Origin: an uncultured Nitrososphaerota archaeon
GTDB taxonomy: Archaea > Thermoproteota > Nitrososphaeria > Nitrososphaerales > Gagatemarchaeaceae
Assembly (NCBI GenBank): GCA_963703285.1
Contig: OY969807.1
Location: 2,016,001-2,080,000, forward strand
Direction of reading: 5' to 3'
DNA length: 64,000 bases
In this document: positions 28,600 to 38,691 of the stretch, in pieces
How positions within the stretch are numbered: the stretch's first letter is position 1
Layout: every line of letters starts with the position of its first letter
Made by a program: the position numbers and the translations under genes
Notes under the pieces: model-generated
What the model saw: the letters and a program-made list of their open reading frames with translations, nothing else
Told to the model about the DNA's origin: nothing
The model's database searches: none

Positions 28600-28763
28600 T
28601 CCACTAAACCGGGTTAATCATTGTACACCCACAAGACCTCGTTTTTTGCACCTCCAATCGAGCCTCGTCGACAAACATTCGCTCATTCGCCTTCCCGAGT
28701 CACCCGGAAGGTGTTAGCTCAAAAATGACAGGTCGTGACGTCTTCCTCTTCGACACGTTGGCC

Positions 28764-28831
28764 GCCTCGCCGTGGAAGACCCTTGCGCTCGTGACCACGT
28801 TTTTGCGGCTCAGGTAATTCCTTTGGTCATC
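28764..28831 (-). repeat. Repeat B copy 1: internal gene fragment (DDQRNYLSRKNVVTSARVFHGEA)
   Basis: 68 bp, 7 mismatches to 35403-35470. Confidence 0.9.
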
Positions 28832-28923
28832 TCAAGTTCAAGGCCTGAGACTCATGTTCGCGCAATCGGGTGCTCGCCAAACCCGATTCATCATATAACC
28901 ACCACCCTCCATCGCTGAAGCCT

Positions 28924-30336
28924 TCAAGTTCGCAAGCTGCTGAGCGGAACGTCACCTGCTTCCAACTCCTGGAGAATAGGACGCGAGGTCTCTAGCGTTC
29001 CTCCAAGCTGCTCGTTCTTCTTCGAATCGACGAGAGATGCGTCTATCAGATTTATGAATGCATCCTTGCCCAAGGGGACTACGGTTGATACAATCATGCA
29101 CGCTCTAAGGTAGCCCAGAACCTTGATCAGCAACGCATCGACGCTACCGTATCTTCCTTCAAGTTTTGTCTTGTCTTTGTAACTTAGCCTGCTGCCATGG
29201 GCGAAAGTGCTTCTTACGCTGTAGGCATCTGAAACCACTTTCTGAACCCCGAGCGGATCATATGAGAAATTGCCGAGAAGTTTTGCAATCCTGTTCTTTA
29301 GCCGATAGGTAAGTTCCTGCTGTTCTCCGCCCGGCTTGAGTAGTAGGGCCTCCAAGCCCATTATACTGTTCGCGACCCTCCGCTCAATCAAACCGTCTTG
29401 CATCAGTGAATCACAGTAGTGCCGATAACTGATTGTTACGTGATCCTCTTCTCTTCCACCCGGCGGCAAATAGAATGCCTCCGGAATCCTCCCTTGGAAA
29501 GCCTGCCAGAACCTCTTGAACCGCTTCGCTTCAGCATCTCGGACTAAAAACTTCCCCAATGGATTTCCAGCGTTGCCCGGATAGGAGACTGCGCCGAAAG
29601 GTGGCCAGAGCGCCTCTGAGTAATTTCGACAATAGCTGTATGAGACACCAATTGCGCTGAATAGTCTCAACATAGCTATTGTCTTCTCCACCGCTTTTTG
29701 GACTTCGAGATTCGAGGTTGACTGCATTTCGATTTCCAGAATGGCAGAAGCTGCGGGAAAGAGGAAGGTTCTAGCCAGAGGCGAATCCCCAAGTTGGTTC
29801 TTCTCCAGATCCTCTTTCGTTATCTTCCTCATGACTTGGCCGCTACCAAACTCAATCTTGTTTGTCCCTAACACTGTTCCAGTGAGCCAAACTTCAGACC
29901 AGTGGCGTATCGGCTGATCATGAAGCTCTTTGAGAATGACGTCAGCGAGCCCTTTTACAAGGTCCGCGTCAAACTTTCCCGTTTCAAAATAGTCGCTGGC
30001 GATTCGATAGACGAACCTGTCGAGTCTTGCATTGATTGCGTTATCTCCAAAGGCGCTCAGGAGTGATGCTAGAGACTCTTTGTAGGCCAACGAGTCTCTG
30101 GCTTCCTGTTGAACTTTTTCAACCGCAATAAACCAGGTTTGGGCTTGGACATTCTCTAGATGCGCACTGCTTGCCCCCGGGCCGTTTTCATTATACTCAA
30201 ATGCATCGATAAGCCAACGAGAGTAGGTTCTAAGTTCTGGTTCAAAACGCGAGCTGGCCAGCCCAACATCTACAGCGTTCTTCACACTGGTCCCTAGCTC
30301 GGTCATCAACTGGGTCAGGTGACCGTTCTCATCCAT
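28924..30336 (-). CDS. ApeA-like HEPN domain protein, putative anti-virus RNase
   Basis: IMGLEALL, ELTYRLKNR, YSVRSTFAHG (RxxxxH); low GC. Confidence 0.75.
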   Translation of the reverse strand: MDENGHLTQLMTELGTSVKNAVDVGLASSRFEPELRTYSRWLIDAFEYNENGPGASSAHLENVQAQTWFIAVEKVQQEARDSLAYKESLASLLSAFGDNAINARLDRFVYRIASDYFETGKFDADLVKGLADVILKELHDQPIRHWSEVWLTGTVLGTNKIEFGSGQVMRKITKEDLEKNQLGDSPLARTFLFPAASAILEIEMQSTSNLEVQKAVEKTIAMLRLFSAIGVSYSYCRNYSEALWPPFGAVSYPGNAGNPLGKFLVRDAEAKRFKRFWQAFQGRIPEAFYLPPGGREEDHVTISYRHYCDSLMQDGLIERRVANSIMGLEALLLKPGGEQQELTYRLKNRIAKLLGNFSYDPLGVQKVVSDAYSVRSTFAHGSRLSYKDKTKLEGRYGSVDALLIKVLGYLRACMIVSTVVPLGKDAFINLIDASLVDSKKNEQLGGTLETSRPILQELEAGDVPLSSLRT

Positions 30337-30421
30337 TGTTCGAAATCTCTCATCTGCAGTTATTAATCGTATTCAGATGAATCCGTGGCGGTTAAATCTC
30401 GTTTTCTGATTCTATTCTGAA

Positions 30422-30610
30422 TTGGTCCGAGGCTTCTGCATCCAGTGTAACACGGAGGTCGGCGGGTTCCGCGGGAGGATCGCATGGCAGTGCCCCAGCT
30501 GCCGCAAGCTCTACTGCGACACCTGCCCGAAGAAGAGGGTGGGGCGCTTCTTCAAGAAGCTCGTATGCCCCGCCATGGAGGACCGTTCAACTCCGTACTA
30601 CTCCGAATGA
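30422..30610 (+). pseudogene. Repeat A copy 2: truncated Cys-rich Zn-finger gene
   Basis: CIQC, CPSC, CDTC, then breaks after VCP where it meets the next gene. Confidence 0.65.
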
Positions 30611-31512
30611 GTGGACCCGACTTCGCTCGCTTCAACAAATGAAGGGTCAACCGAGAGAAAAGCGAAGCCCCATACGAATGCCGAAAACACGCCTGAAATG
30701 GGCACGAGGGAACTAACAAGAACCGAAGCGAGGAGAGGATTAACGCCCCAGAGGAACTGGTCGAGCCGAGGTCTGATCAGGGCTTTCTTGCGCCCTCCCC
30801 GATACCAAAGGATACCCACTGCAAACAGCAGCGCTCCCGAGGCAGTCCCAGTAAGGAGACCACCGTACTTATTCGCTTCGAGCTGCACGATCAGTCCCAC
30901 AGAGAACGCGAAGGCAGCTGTTGGAAGGGAGTATGCCAATCTAGTCTTGGACCTGCTCGAAAGGATAATCAGTCCAACGAGTAAAGATAACAAGCATGTG
31001 TCGATGAGAGCCGTCTGGTAGAACCCATCGATGGATTTGAAGGATAGTCCAGTCTGCAATTGAGACAGAGAATCGCCTTTGAATGTATAGACGGCCGAGG
31101 CGACGAATGCAGAAGCTAACACGGCATATCCAAGAGCGAAGATCAGGAAGCCACCCTTCACCCTCGTGAAGACACGGAGAGCGACGACGGTCCCTAGAAT
31201 TACGACCGTTGGAAGGAAAACGATGAGACTCAAGGATGAAAACGGTGCGCTTGCTAGAATCACAATCTGCAGAACTGTGATTATCACTATGAAAGCAAAA
31301 GCAAACTTCCATAGATAAGAGACCGCGCCGAGGATTATCGCCGTGATCGCCCCAAGGACAATTGTCTCGACGAGGCCCACATAGTACCACTCAACGAATT
31401 CCGGAAATTTTAGGGCGAAACCTATGCTCAGAGCTGCCAGTAGGATTATGCCAATCCGATAGTTCCTAACGAACTGCACGACATCCTGTCGGAGAGAATT
31501 TGTTCGTTTCAT
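30598..31512 (-). CDS. Hypothetical multi-pass membrane protein
   Basis: 304 aa, mostly hydrophobic segments. Confidence 0.7.
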   Translation of the reverse strand: MKRTNSLRQDVVQFVRNYRIGIILLAALSIGFALKFPEFVEWYYVGLVETIVLGAITAIILGAVSYLWKFAFAFIVIITVLQIVILASAPFSSLSLIVFLPTVVILGTVVALRVFTRVKGGFLIFALGYAVLASAFVASAVYTFKGDSLSQLQTGLSFKSIDGFYQTALIDTCLLSLLVGLIILSSRSKTRLAYSLPTAAFAFSVGLIVQLEANKYGGLLTGTASGALLFAVGILWYRGGRKKALIRPRLDQFLWGVNPLLASVLVSSLVPISGVFSAFVWGFAFLSVDPSFVEASEVGSTHSE

Positions 31513-31573
31513 TAATCGTCATCTGCAAGACGCTGGACAATGCGCGGCCGGTTTCCAATCCCGCGCTTGGATT

Positions 31574-32077
31574 TTATCTCAGGACCGCATCGCCGTAGGC
31601 TTTCAGGGCCTCGGGCCCAACCTTGTTCATGTCCCAGGCCGTAAAGTACACCGGCGTGATTTCCACGATTATATCTCGTCCTCCCCTCACCCCGCTCAGG
31701 TATCTGGAGCTGAGGGGATGGTCTGGCTTGATGTATCTGGCAAGTATCTTCTCCATGAACCCCAGGGCCGTCTCATTGTCTGTGACCTCCTTCGCGTGCC
31801 CTCTTCCCCTCACGCCCTTGTACGGGAACCTGTCGTCGTCCACATCGAAGTAGACCGCGCCGTTCCTCTTGATGTTGGATGCCTTCGTGGTCTTCCTGTC
31901 GGTGAACATGTAGAGCTTAAGAGAATGCGGGTCGAAGTAGTACCACACCGGGTGGACGCAGGGGTTCCCCGCGGCGTCGACCGTTCCCAGCATCATGTTG
32001 GACCTGCTTTTGACGAGGTAATCCTTTGCCTCGTCCTCGGTCATGCCTACCCCCGCCTCAGCTTCCCGGACTCTCAT
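31574..32077 (-). CDS. Pyridoxamine 5'-phosphate oxidase family protein
   Basis: LGTVDAAGNPCVHPVWY, KASNIKRN, YKGVRGRG. Confidence 0.88.
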   Translation of the reverse strand: MRVREAEAGVGMTEDEAKDYLVKSRSNMMLGTVDAAGNPCVHPVWYYFDPHSLKLYMFTDRKTTKASNIKRNGAVYFDVDDDRFPYKGVRGRGHAKEVTDNETALGFMEKILARYIKPDHPLSSRYLSGVRGGRDIIVEITPVYFTAWDMNKVGPEALKAYGDAVLR

Positions 32078-32168
32078 GGAACGGACCCGGAAGAGACATG
32101 CATATTTCCTCTCGTTTTTTCGCTTGCTAGCATCTGCGGTTTCCCGGCCCAGGGGCGTCCAATGCTGC

Positions 32169-33410
32169 TCAGGACTCTATACCGCCCAGGCGTAGGGGTA
32201 TTCCAAAGTTCTCGTACACCGCCCGCTCGACCGGGCCGACCATCGCGTCGATTTCGGAGCGCAGCTGAACCTGTTCCTCCCCCGTCTCCTTCGATTCGAG
32301 CTTCACCCTCCCGATGGCTTCTCCAGCCTCCCTTAGTTTTGCCTCCAGCCCCTTGAAATCCTCAACCACGGTCGTGTTCACCCTCGACTGGAGCGCCTCC
32401 ATCCGTCCCGTGAGCGCCCTGTACTCCTGTCCGAGCCTGGGCAGTTCACCCATCATCTCCTCTATGCTCGATACAGTCTTCTCCGGATTCTTAATCTCAA
32501 TTTGGCCCAGCAGGATGTGCCTCCTTAGGTCGGCCAGGATCTCTAGAATCGCCGGATCCATCGTGGCGGACAGGACACTGGGGGTCTCGCCGATGTAGGC
32601 GTCGAGGAGACGCCTCTTCTCATTGCTCAGATCTGCCATGTAGCCGTATTTTCCTATGGGCCTCGTCAGAGATGAAAAACCGTTGTGGACCCTGGAGGAG
32701 ATCTCCGTTCGCCTGTTTTCCAGCTCCAAGAGCTCTCCCCTCACCTTCACCGAAGCCTCGAATTCGCGCGTAGACTTGATATGCTCAATCTGGATTTCGA
32801 TGCTGGCTCGAGTCGATTCGAGGGACTGCAGGTGGTCCTCTGAAGCCTTCAGCTTCCCGGCCATCTCCCGCACCTCCTTGACCCGAGCCGTAAGCAGCTT
32901 GGCCTGGTCCTGGCAGTGCTTCAGGGCAGTCACCTTGGACGAATGAGTCTTTATGAGAGTGTTCAGCCTCGCGATATCACCGTCTATCTGCTTCCACTGG
33001 GCATACACCCTTACCGAGTAGCTTCTCGCATCCTTCTTCGCGATACGCTTGTAGTTGCTCCATAGCTCGCCCAGGTGCGTCATGTCCTGAGCGACCCCAT
33101 CGCGCAACTCCGCGATGTCCTCGAAAGTCAGTACCTCCTTGGTTGTGTCATCTACCACCTTGTCGATGGCGAGACTCAGCGCGCTCCTCTTGGACTCTCC
33201 CACCATCTCCTCTATGACTTGCTTAATCGAGAGTATCGAGCCCTGTATGCGTCTGCGAATCTGGTCACCCTGTCCGCATATTCCGCGGAGTTCATCATTG
33301 ACCCTATCCGCCACCCAGGAGTCAAGCTCGTCGATGGGGACCCTCTGCTCTTCTTCCACCTTTTTCTTCTTCTCGAAGATCTTGAAAAAACTCAAGAGCC
33401 CTGCCTTCAT
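32169..33410 (-). CDS. Coiled-coil hypothetical protein
   Basis: 413 aa, charged heptad-like composition. Confidence 0.75.
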   Translation of the reverse strand: MKAGLLSFFKIFEKKKKVEEEQRVPIDELDSWVADRVNDELRGICGQGDQIRRRIQGSILSIKQVIEEMVGESKRSALSLAIDKVVDDTTKEVLTFEDIAELRDGVAQDMTHLGELWSNYKRIAKKDARSYSVRVYAQWKQIDGDIARLNTLIKTHSSKVTALKHCQDQAKLLTARVKEVREMAGKLKASEDHLQSLESTRASIEIQIEHIKSTREFEASVKVRGELLELENRRTEISSRVHNGFSSLTRPIGKYGYMADLSNEKRRLLDAYIGETPSVLSATMDPAILEILADLRRHILLGQIEIKNPEKTVSSIEEMMGELPRLGQEYRALTGRMEALQSRVNTTVVEDFKGLEAKLREAGEAIGRVKLESKETGEEQVQLRSEIDAMVGPVERAVYENFGIPLRLGGIES

Positions 33411-33653
33411 GCTTCGGCTGTTCTATTATAGTCAATCGGTCGTCGTTCGAGGGAATCGTGAGTCGTCCTTGACGCATCTGTGCGCATCCATGTGAACGCC
33501 TGTGCGCCGGTTCTTCTCCACTTCCTCCACGGGACGAGGTATGTTCCTGACCTGCTTCAGGAAGGATTCGGATTGCGAGGGGCTGGTGAGGCGACACGTA
33601 GCGACCACGAGGACGACCAGCGCGACTGCAATCGCGATTGCAAAGACTCATCA

Positions 33654-33891
33654 TTTGTGCCCCCTAGGTGGCACAAGACCTTCGTTCTCGTCTTCTAGGT
33701 ACTACGTCGTGTACCTCCTTCCTACATCCAGTCCTCTCTTGCGCTCAGCGTAGATGCTTGACCTCACAAAAACCCGCAGTTTGTGCTCCCTAGGTGGCAC
33801 AAGACCTCGTTCTCGTCGTCTAGGTACTACGTCGTGTACCTCCCCCATATATCCGGTTCTCTCTTGCGCTCAGCGCATATGATTGACCTCA
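33654..33891 (+). repeat. Tandem ~112 bp imperfect direct repeat (33654-33766, 33780-33891)
   Basis: Both copies contain cctaggtggcacaagacc, tctaggtactacgtcgtgtacctcc, ctctcttgcgctcagcg and ttgacctca. Confidence 0.92.
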
Positions 33892-34196
33892 GCCAAGTCG
33901 CCCTTGCCTATGGTTTCGGAATCCTCGGCGCCGTGGGAATCGTCTGCGTCGACACCATCATCCGGATGTTCAAGGGCGACGTCATGGAGCAGCTCTTCAG
34001 GTTCATGGTCGCAGGTTTCGGGCTGATAACCCTGGTCGGGTTGGGGGACGCCGTCCTGCTCACGGTCGGTGAGAACGTCCCATCGGGTACGCTTCTGGCT
34101 TCGGCCCTCATGGTCTCCTTCGCTCTCCTCCTGGTCGGTCTGGTCCGACTCATCCAATGGAACGAGAGCTCGAAGGTCTCGACGGTCATTGCCTGA
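33879..34196 (+). CDS. Small 3-TM membrane protein
   Basis: ATG 33879 (MIDLSQVALAY...), three hydrophobic segments. Confidence 0.7.
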   Translation: MIDLSQVALAYGFGILGAVGIVCVDTIIRMFKGDVMEQLFRFMVAGFGLITLVGLGDAVLLTVGENVPSGTLLASALMVSFALLLVGLVRLIQWNESSKVSTVIA

Positions 34197-34284
34197 CGGA
34201 GCGCACAGCGACCGGTGGCCGGGCCGGAGAGCTCGCTGAGAAGAGACTTATACGCACGTTTCCCGCGCGCAACCGCTAAAGGGA

Positions 34285-34848
34285 TTGGAAGCGCCTTCCG
34301 ACGGCAAGCGGGAGCAGAAGAGGATCAAGACCGTCCTGAGGACCATAAGGCTCCCCGAGGACCTCGAGGCGAAGCTCGGGGGCTTGGCGGCGAACAAGGG
34401 AATAGCGCTGAACGCCCTGGTCTCATCCGTCTTGAACAAGTACGTCCTCTGGGACAACCTCACCGAGCGGTTTGGCTTCGTGACGATCCCGAAGGCGCAG
34501 TTCCAGGATCTGGTCAACGCCGTCGACCCCGCCAAGCTCGAGGAGCTGGCGAGGGTTCACTCGCACCAGTTGACGAAGGACATGATGATGTTCTGGTTCC
34601 AGGATGTCAGGGCCGACGACTTCCTAGAGTATCTCAAGATGAGGGGTCGCTACGGGCTGGACATCAAGGTGGAGCTCAAGCGGGAGGGCTCCAACTTCAC
34701 GCTCATCGTGACCCATGACTTTGGGCCGCACTACACGGCCTACCTTAGGACCGCCCTGGACTCAGAGTTCCGCACGCTCTTCAAGATCATCCCGACCATC
34801 GACGCCACCGAGTCGTCGGTCATGGTCAAGGCCACGCTTCAGACCTGA
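34285..34848 (+). CDS. Ribbon-helix-helix regulator with C-terminal ligand-binding-like domain
   Basis: RTIRLPEDLEAKL...GIALNALVSSVLNKY. Confidence 0.7.
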   Translation: MEAPSDGKREQKRIKTVLRTIRLPEDLEAKLGGLAANKGIALNALVSSVLNKYVLWDNLTERFGFVTIPKAQFQDLVNAVDPAKLEELARVHSHQLTKDMMMFWFQDVRADDFLEYLKMRGRYGLDIKVELKREGSNFTLIVTHDFGPHYTAYLRTALDSEFRTLFKIIPTIDATESSVMVKATLQT

Positions 34849-34875
34849 CCGGGGGCGACGGGCTCTTGGTCGTCA

Positions 34876-35217
34876 TCAGCCCTCGGTGCGATCAGGCGGA
34901 CTAGGAGCGGCTGAGTCGGTCTGCACGGAGTAGCCGACCTCGCCATTGGAAAGAAGGATCGGCGCCACCAGCCCCCTGTACTGAGGAGGCACGAACATCC
35001 CGAATGTGAATTCGTCCGAGTAGATTACGGCTTCGCACCGCGCGCATTCGAAGAGCCTCACTGGGGGGAGGTCTTCGTCCGGGACGGTCCCCCTCAGTCG
35101 CAGGGCGTCCTCCTGCGGGAGCTCCGTCACAGGTTCCCGGCATCCCTGGCAGATGACGACCCCTGGAGGCTGTCCCGCTGGCCCGACCAGGTCGTCTTCT
35201 TCAGTTCTCATCCCCAA
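34876..35217 (-). CDS. Small hypothetical protein with two CxxC motifs
   Basis: CQGC and CARC. Confidence 0.55.
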   Translation of the reverse strand: MGMRTEEDDLVGPAGQPPGVVICQGCREPVTELPQEDALRLRGTVPDEDLPPVRLFECARCEAVIYSDEFTFGMFVPPQYRGLVAPILLSNGEVGYSVQTDSAAPSPPDRTEG

Positions 35218-35402
35218 TCCTCGTGTTCGCTGGGTTCCGGAGGTAGATAACGAGGAGGTTCACATAGAGGGCGTAACAGCGATACTCGACTGGATAGTGA
35301 TACATAGTACACAATCTCCTCTGCAAAGGCCCCAAGTTGAGCAGATGTGGGTTAGAATTCTCGGATAAACACGCCGTTCCATGTAATTCTCGCAGGAATT
35401 GG

Positions 35403-35470
35403 GCCTCCCCGTGGAAGACCCTTGCGCTAATGACCACGTTTTTGCGGCCCAGGGAATTCCTGTGCTCATC
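35403..35470 (-). repeat. Repeat B copy 2 (DEHRNSLGRKNVVISARVFHGEA)
   Basis: 68 bp match to 28764-28831. Confidence 0.9.
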
Positions 35471-35544
35471 GCTGGTCAATGGCAAGAGATCCGTTTGCTC
35501 GTCTTGAAAGGAATAATTATCGCGTCATAGCCTCATAGACGTAC

Positions 35545-35706
35545 TTGTCCGATTACGCGTCAGAGGAAGAGAAACTGAGGAAGCTCTACGACCGAGCGCG
35601 CGCACAGGGAAACAGGAAGAAGAAAAAGGAATACAGGGAGAAGATTGCCGAGCTTAACCGGCTTCACAAGTCAGCCCAACGGGAAAGCAACAGATCGGAG
35701 AACTAG
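35545..35706 (+). CDS. Small basic hypothetical protein (53 aa)
   Basis: TTG start about 30 bp after ATAATTAT; MSDYASEEEKLRKLYDRAR... Confidence 0.4.
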   Translation: MSDYASEEEKLRKLYDRARAQGNRKKKKEYREKIAELNRLHKSAQRESNRSEN

Positions 35707-36034
35707 TAGGGTGGAGGTGAGGAAATGTCGGGGTTCACGACGGAATCGCCCAACAAACAATCTGTCATGTTGGCGGGGTCCGGCAGGTGCGAGAGTCTGA
35801 TTGAAGCCCTGGAGGTCAGGTCATCCAATGGATCCCGAGTCGTGCAGTGCTTTGCTCCTAGTCATCACCTGCGATTGCAACCAGCCAGACCACGGCGACC
35901 AAGAGAAACGCGATACCTGCGTAGAGGAAGCTCCCTGTCAGGAACCAGACGATAGCGGCGATGAAAATCGCGGGCAACAGGACGATTGCAGCGGCGATGA
36001 GCACTGCGATGACCAATATGCCTGCCGCCAGGAA

Positions 36035-36160
36035 TATTATCCCGAGGACGGGGGCTACACCATCGTAATCTTCGAGACGGACCGTGAAGGCTTAAGAGTG
36101 ATAACGGCCTTGAAGAGCAACAGTGAGGGAGCGAAAAGGTATGGCTTCACTGGAATTTGA
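36035..36160 (+). pseudogene. 3' remnant of a DUF4258/BrnT-like toxin gene
   Basis: YTIVIFETDREGLRVITAL overlaps the DUF2283 start; 5' part not recognisable. Confidence 0.5.
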
Positions 36161-36338
36161 TGAGGAGGCGGGTGCGCTCTACCTGCGGCTTAGGAAGGGC
36201 AAGATAACCTCCAGCGAGCCCCTCGCGGACAACGTGATTCTGGACATCGATAAGAAGGGAAAGCTCCTAGGGCTTGAACTCCTTCTCCCGAGGGAAATCA
36301 AGCCGGACGTAAAGGCGAAGCTCCTGAAGGCAGTCTGA
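36141..36338 (+). CDS. DUF2283 family protein (putative antitoxin)
   Basis: FDEEAGALYLRL, DNVILDIDKKGKLLGLELL. Confidence 0.88.
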   Translation: MASLEFDEEAGALYLRLRKGKITSSEPLADNVILDIDKKGKLLGLELLLPREIKPDVKAKLLKAV

Positions 36339-36396
36339 CAGTCGCCAGATTGCTTGGCGGGAAGATCATTCCTTAACAATCGGGTGCGGTCAGGCA

Positions 36397-36420
36397 CGAG
36401 GCTTCTGCATCCAGTGCAAC
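36397..36420 (+). repeat. Repeat A copy 3
   Basis: cgaggcttctgcatccagtgcaac, 24 bp identical to copy 1. Confidence 0.85.
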
Positions 36421-36742
36421 GGGGAACGTGGGCACCCAGGTGGCGTGGTGCCGGTTAGTTTGGTTGTTGCGGCCTGGCCTAGGGGTGACCTCGCTTCTTG
36501 ATGGCCTTCGGCGTGGGTCTATCTAGTCCGTACTCGGCGGGCTTCTCTCCCTTGGCGGACTCCTTACTGGGCTTGAATCTCGGCTTGGGTTTCGCAGGCA
36601 TTGTCCTAAGCCTTGGGTGCACGACGATATGAACCTAGCTGCCAGGTAACGTCCAGACCGAGAAGGGCGAGGGTGGCACGGGCTACTCAGCACGCTCTTG
36701 CCCCAAAAACCAAGTGCCTGATGGCAACTTGGTTCCTGAGCC

Positions 36743-37141
36743 TCAGACTTCGGACAACTTGAGGCAGGTGATTCTTCCTGCACGAGTAGTAAACTTGGAG
36801 TTTATCAGGCCCGTCAGATTACCATAGCAGGACGCCGGGACAACGATGAAGAATGGAATCTCACGTTTATCCTGAGTCATGAAGAGGTCTGAAAAGGCCC
36901 GGATCTGCGCAAGGGTTTGCTCATTTGAAAGGAATTCGCAAGTCTCCGCTTCGCCTACGGCAATCAAACCATCGGATCGATTCGCGATTACGTCCGGAAT
37001 GCGCCCCCCGACTTTGACGGGCTCTTGGTAACCTCCAATTCCAGCCACGTGCGTCACTGTCCAACCCTTGCTCTTCAAGTAATCCACCAACCCTCGAACT
37101 AGTCTTTGGTGGAGTGAGCTCGACCCCTGTACGGTGGACAT
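36743..37141 (-). CDS. PD-(D/E)xK-like small protein
   Basis: HQRLVRGLVDYLKSKGW, IPDVIA, AVGEAET; ATG 37141. Confidence 0.55.
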   Translation of the reverse strand: MSTVQGSSSLHQRLVRGLVDYLKSKGWTVTHVAGIGGYQEPVKVGGRIPDVIANRSDGLIAVGEAETCEFLSNEQTLAQIRAFSDLFMTQDKREIPFFIVVPASCYGNLTGLINSKFTTRAGRITCLKLSEV

Positions 37142-37397
37142 TTCAGAAGCCGCCGGCACTGTCCAAGTATTAAGGATGCCCTGACCAAATTCGGGGAGAA
37201 AGTGGCGACTGTCTCTACGGCCCATGGCTGAATTCTCGGTGGCATGTTGGCTTGCTCATTCGTGCTTTGTGGACCACTGAGCTTCATTGCGGGAGTGACT
37301 AATCTCAGTGAACGGGGACCAGAAAGCATTGAGTCACGGATGAGTCCGGCAACCTTCGCGCCAGGATAATGAGTCGTTTTGCAAAGTGTTATAGCGA

Positions 37398-37808
37398 TTG
37401 GACGCAATCCATGTCGTCGAAGGTACCTTGGAGAGCTTGGAAGTGGTCAATTTCGACGAGCCTGACGAGACTCGCAAGTTTAGGAAGGGGAAAGTCGACA
37501 TCGCGAAGATTGACGGCGTAAGGGTTGGGCGCGCGGTCTATGAGCCCGGCTGGCGCTGGTCGACGTCCCTCAAACCGCAGCAGAAGACCGAGTGGTGCGA
37601 GGCCCAGCACTTCCAGTACCACCTCTCAGGCAGGCTGCACATCGAGACGAGCGACGGGAGGTCGAAGGTCGTCGAGCCCGGCGAGGTCTCGCTCGTGCCC
37701 TGCCCGCACGACGCTTGGGTCGTCGGGAAGGAACCGGTGGTCGTGATTGACTTTCAGGGCATGGCGCACTACGCAGAGCCAAGAAGGGCCGCTCCGTCGA
37801 GCAGCTGA
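37398..37808 (+). CDS. Cupin domain protein
   Basis: YEPGWRWS, CEAQHFQY, PHDAWVVG. Confidence 0.85.
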   Translation: MDAIHVVEGTLESLEVVNFDEPDETRKFRKGKVDIAKIDGVRVGRAVYEPGWRWSTSLKPQQKTEWCEAQHFQYHLSGRLHIETSDGRSKVVEPGEVSLVPCPHDAWVVGKEPVVVIDFQGMAHYAEPRRAAPSSS

Positions 37809-37885
37809 AGCGGATTCCTCACCGCCTGCCGTGGTTCCTGCAGGTGAACCCCGCGCGGCGCGCTCGATCAGGTCGACCGCCCCTC

Positions 37886-38573
37886 TCAGACAATTCTGCC
37901 CGCCATGAGGAGAAGCGCCGACGAGCACGTCAACGCTACCAGGAGCTTGAGTCCTGTCTCTGACCTTCGATATGAGGTGGCCGGAAGCCCCTGCTTCCGG
38001 GCGGATTCTCGCGAACCTGCTGAGCCGAATCTCCTCCCATGCGAGAGCGGCGGTCACAGCACCAACAGCTATCGCCGGGAGTGCGACCGTCGCGGCGTTG
38101 GCGAAGTAGCTCGTGACGGCGGGAAGGAATCCCCAGGCAAACGCAAAGCTCGGGTTGTTGTGGAATGCTCCGCCGAGCACCCTCGACGGCAGCGGATAGG
38201 CGACCGCGAAGAACACCCCCGCCGCTATGAAGGGGACCAGGAGCACGCTGACCGTGGCGGCGTAGTAGAGCCCTAGGGCAATCCCGCCCCCGAGCCCCAC
38301 GATTGCCATCGAGGTCAGCTCCCGCCTGCTCAGCCTCAAGACGTAGTGGCTCCCCTCAGGCTCGAGCTGGTCGAGGGCGTGGGCGCCAATCCCAAGGGCG
38401 AGGAGATAGGCGAGAAGGGTCGCGGCCAGCCTGACCGCGTGCACCTGGGGCGTGACTTCGGCCCCCATCAGGACGAAGGCCAGGACCATGGCGGTGTACG
38501 GAACGTGCAGGATGTTGTACAGGTCCCCGAGCTTCGTCCCCGAGGCAGTGAAGTACCAGGTCTTCCGCTCCAA
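37886..38573 (-). CDS. UbiA-like multi-pass membrane protein, one frameshift near 38006
   Basis: LHVPYT, GIGAHALD; the shifted frame gives the final TM helix GLKLLVALTCSSALLLMAGRIV* ending at 37886. Confidence 0.65.
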
Positions 38574-38691
38574 GGAGTCTCACCCTAGACGGAGTGCCTC
38601 TGATATAAAGTAGGGGCCCCGGACGAGCCTGGCTATCGTAATCGATACTGTTCAAGATATAGTTATATAATCTATTCCTGCGGCCCTCGCC

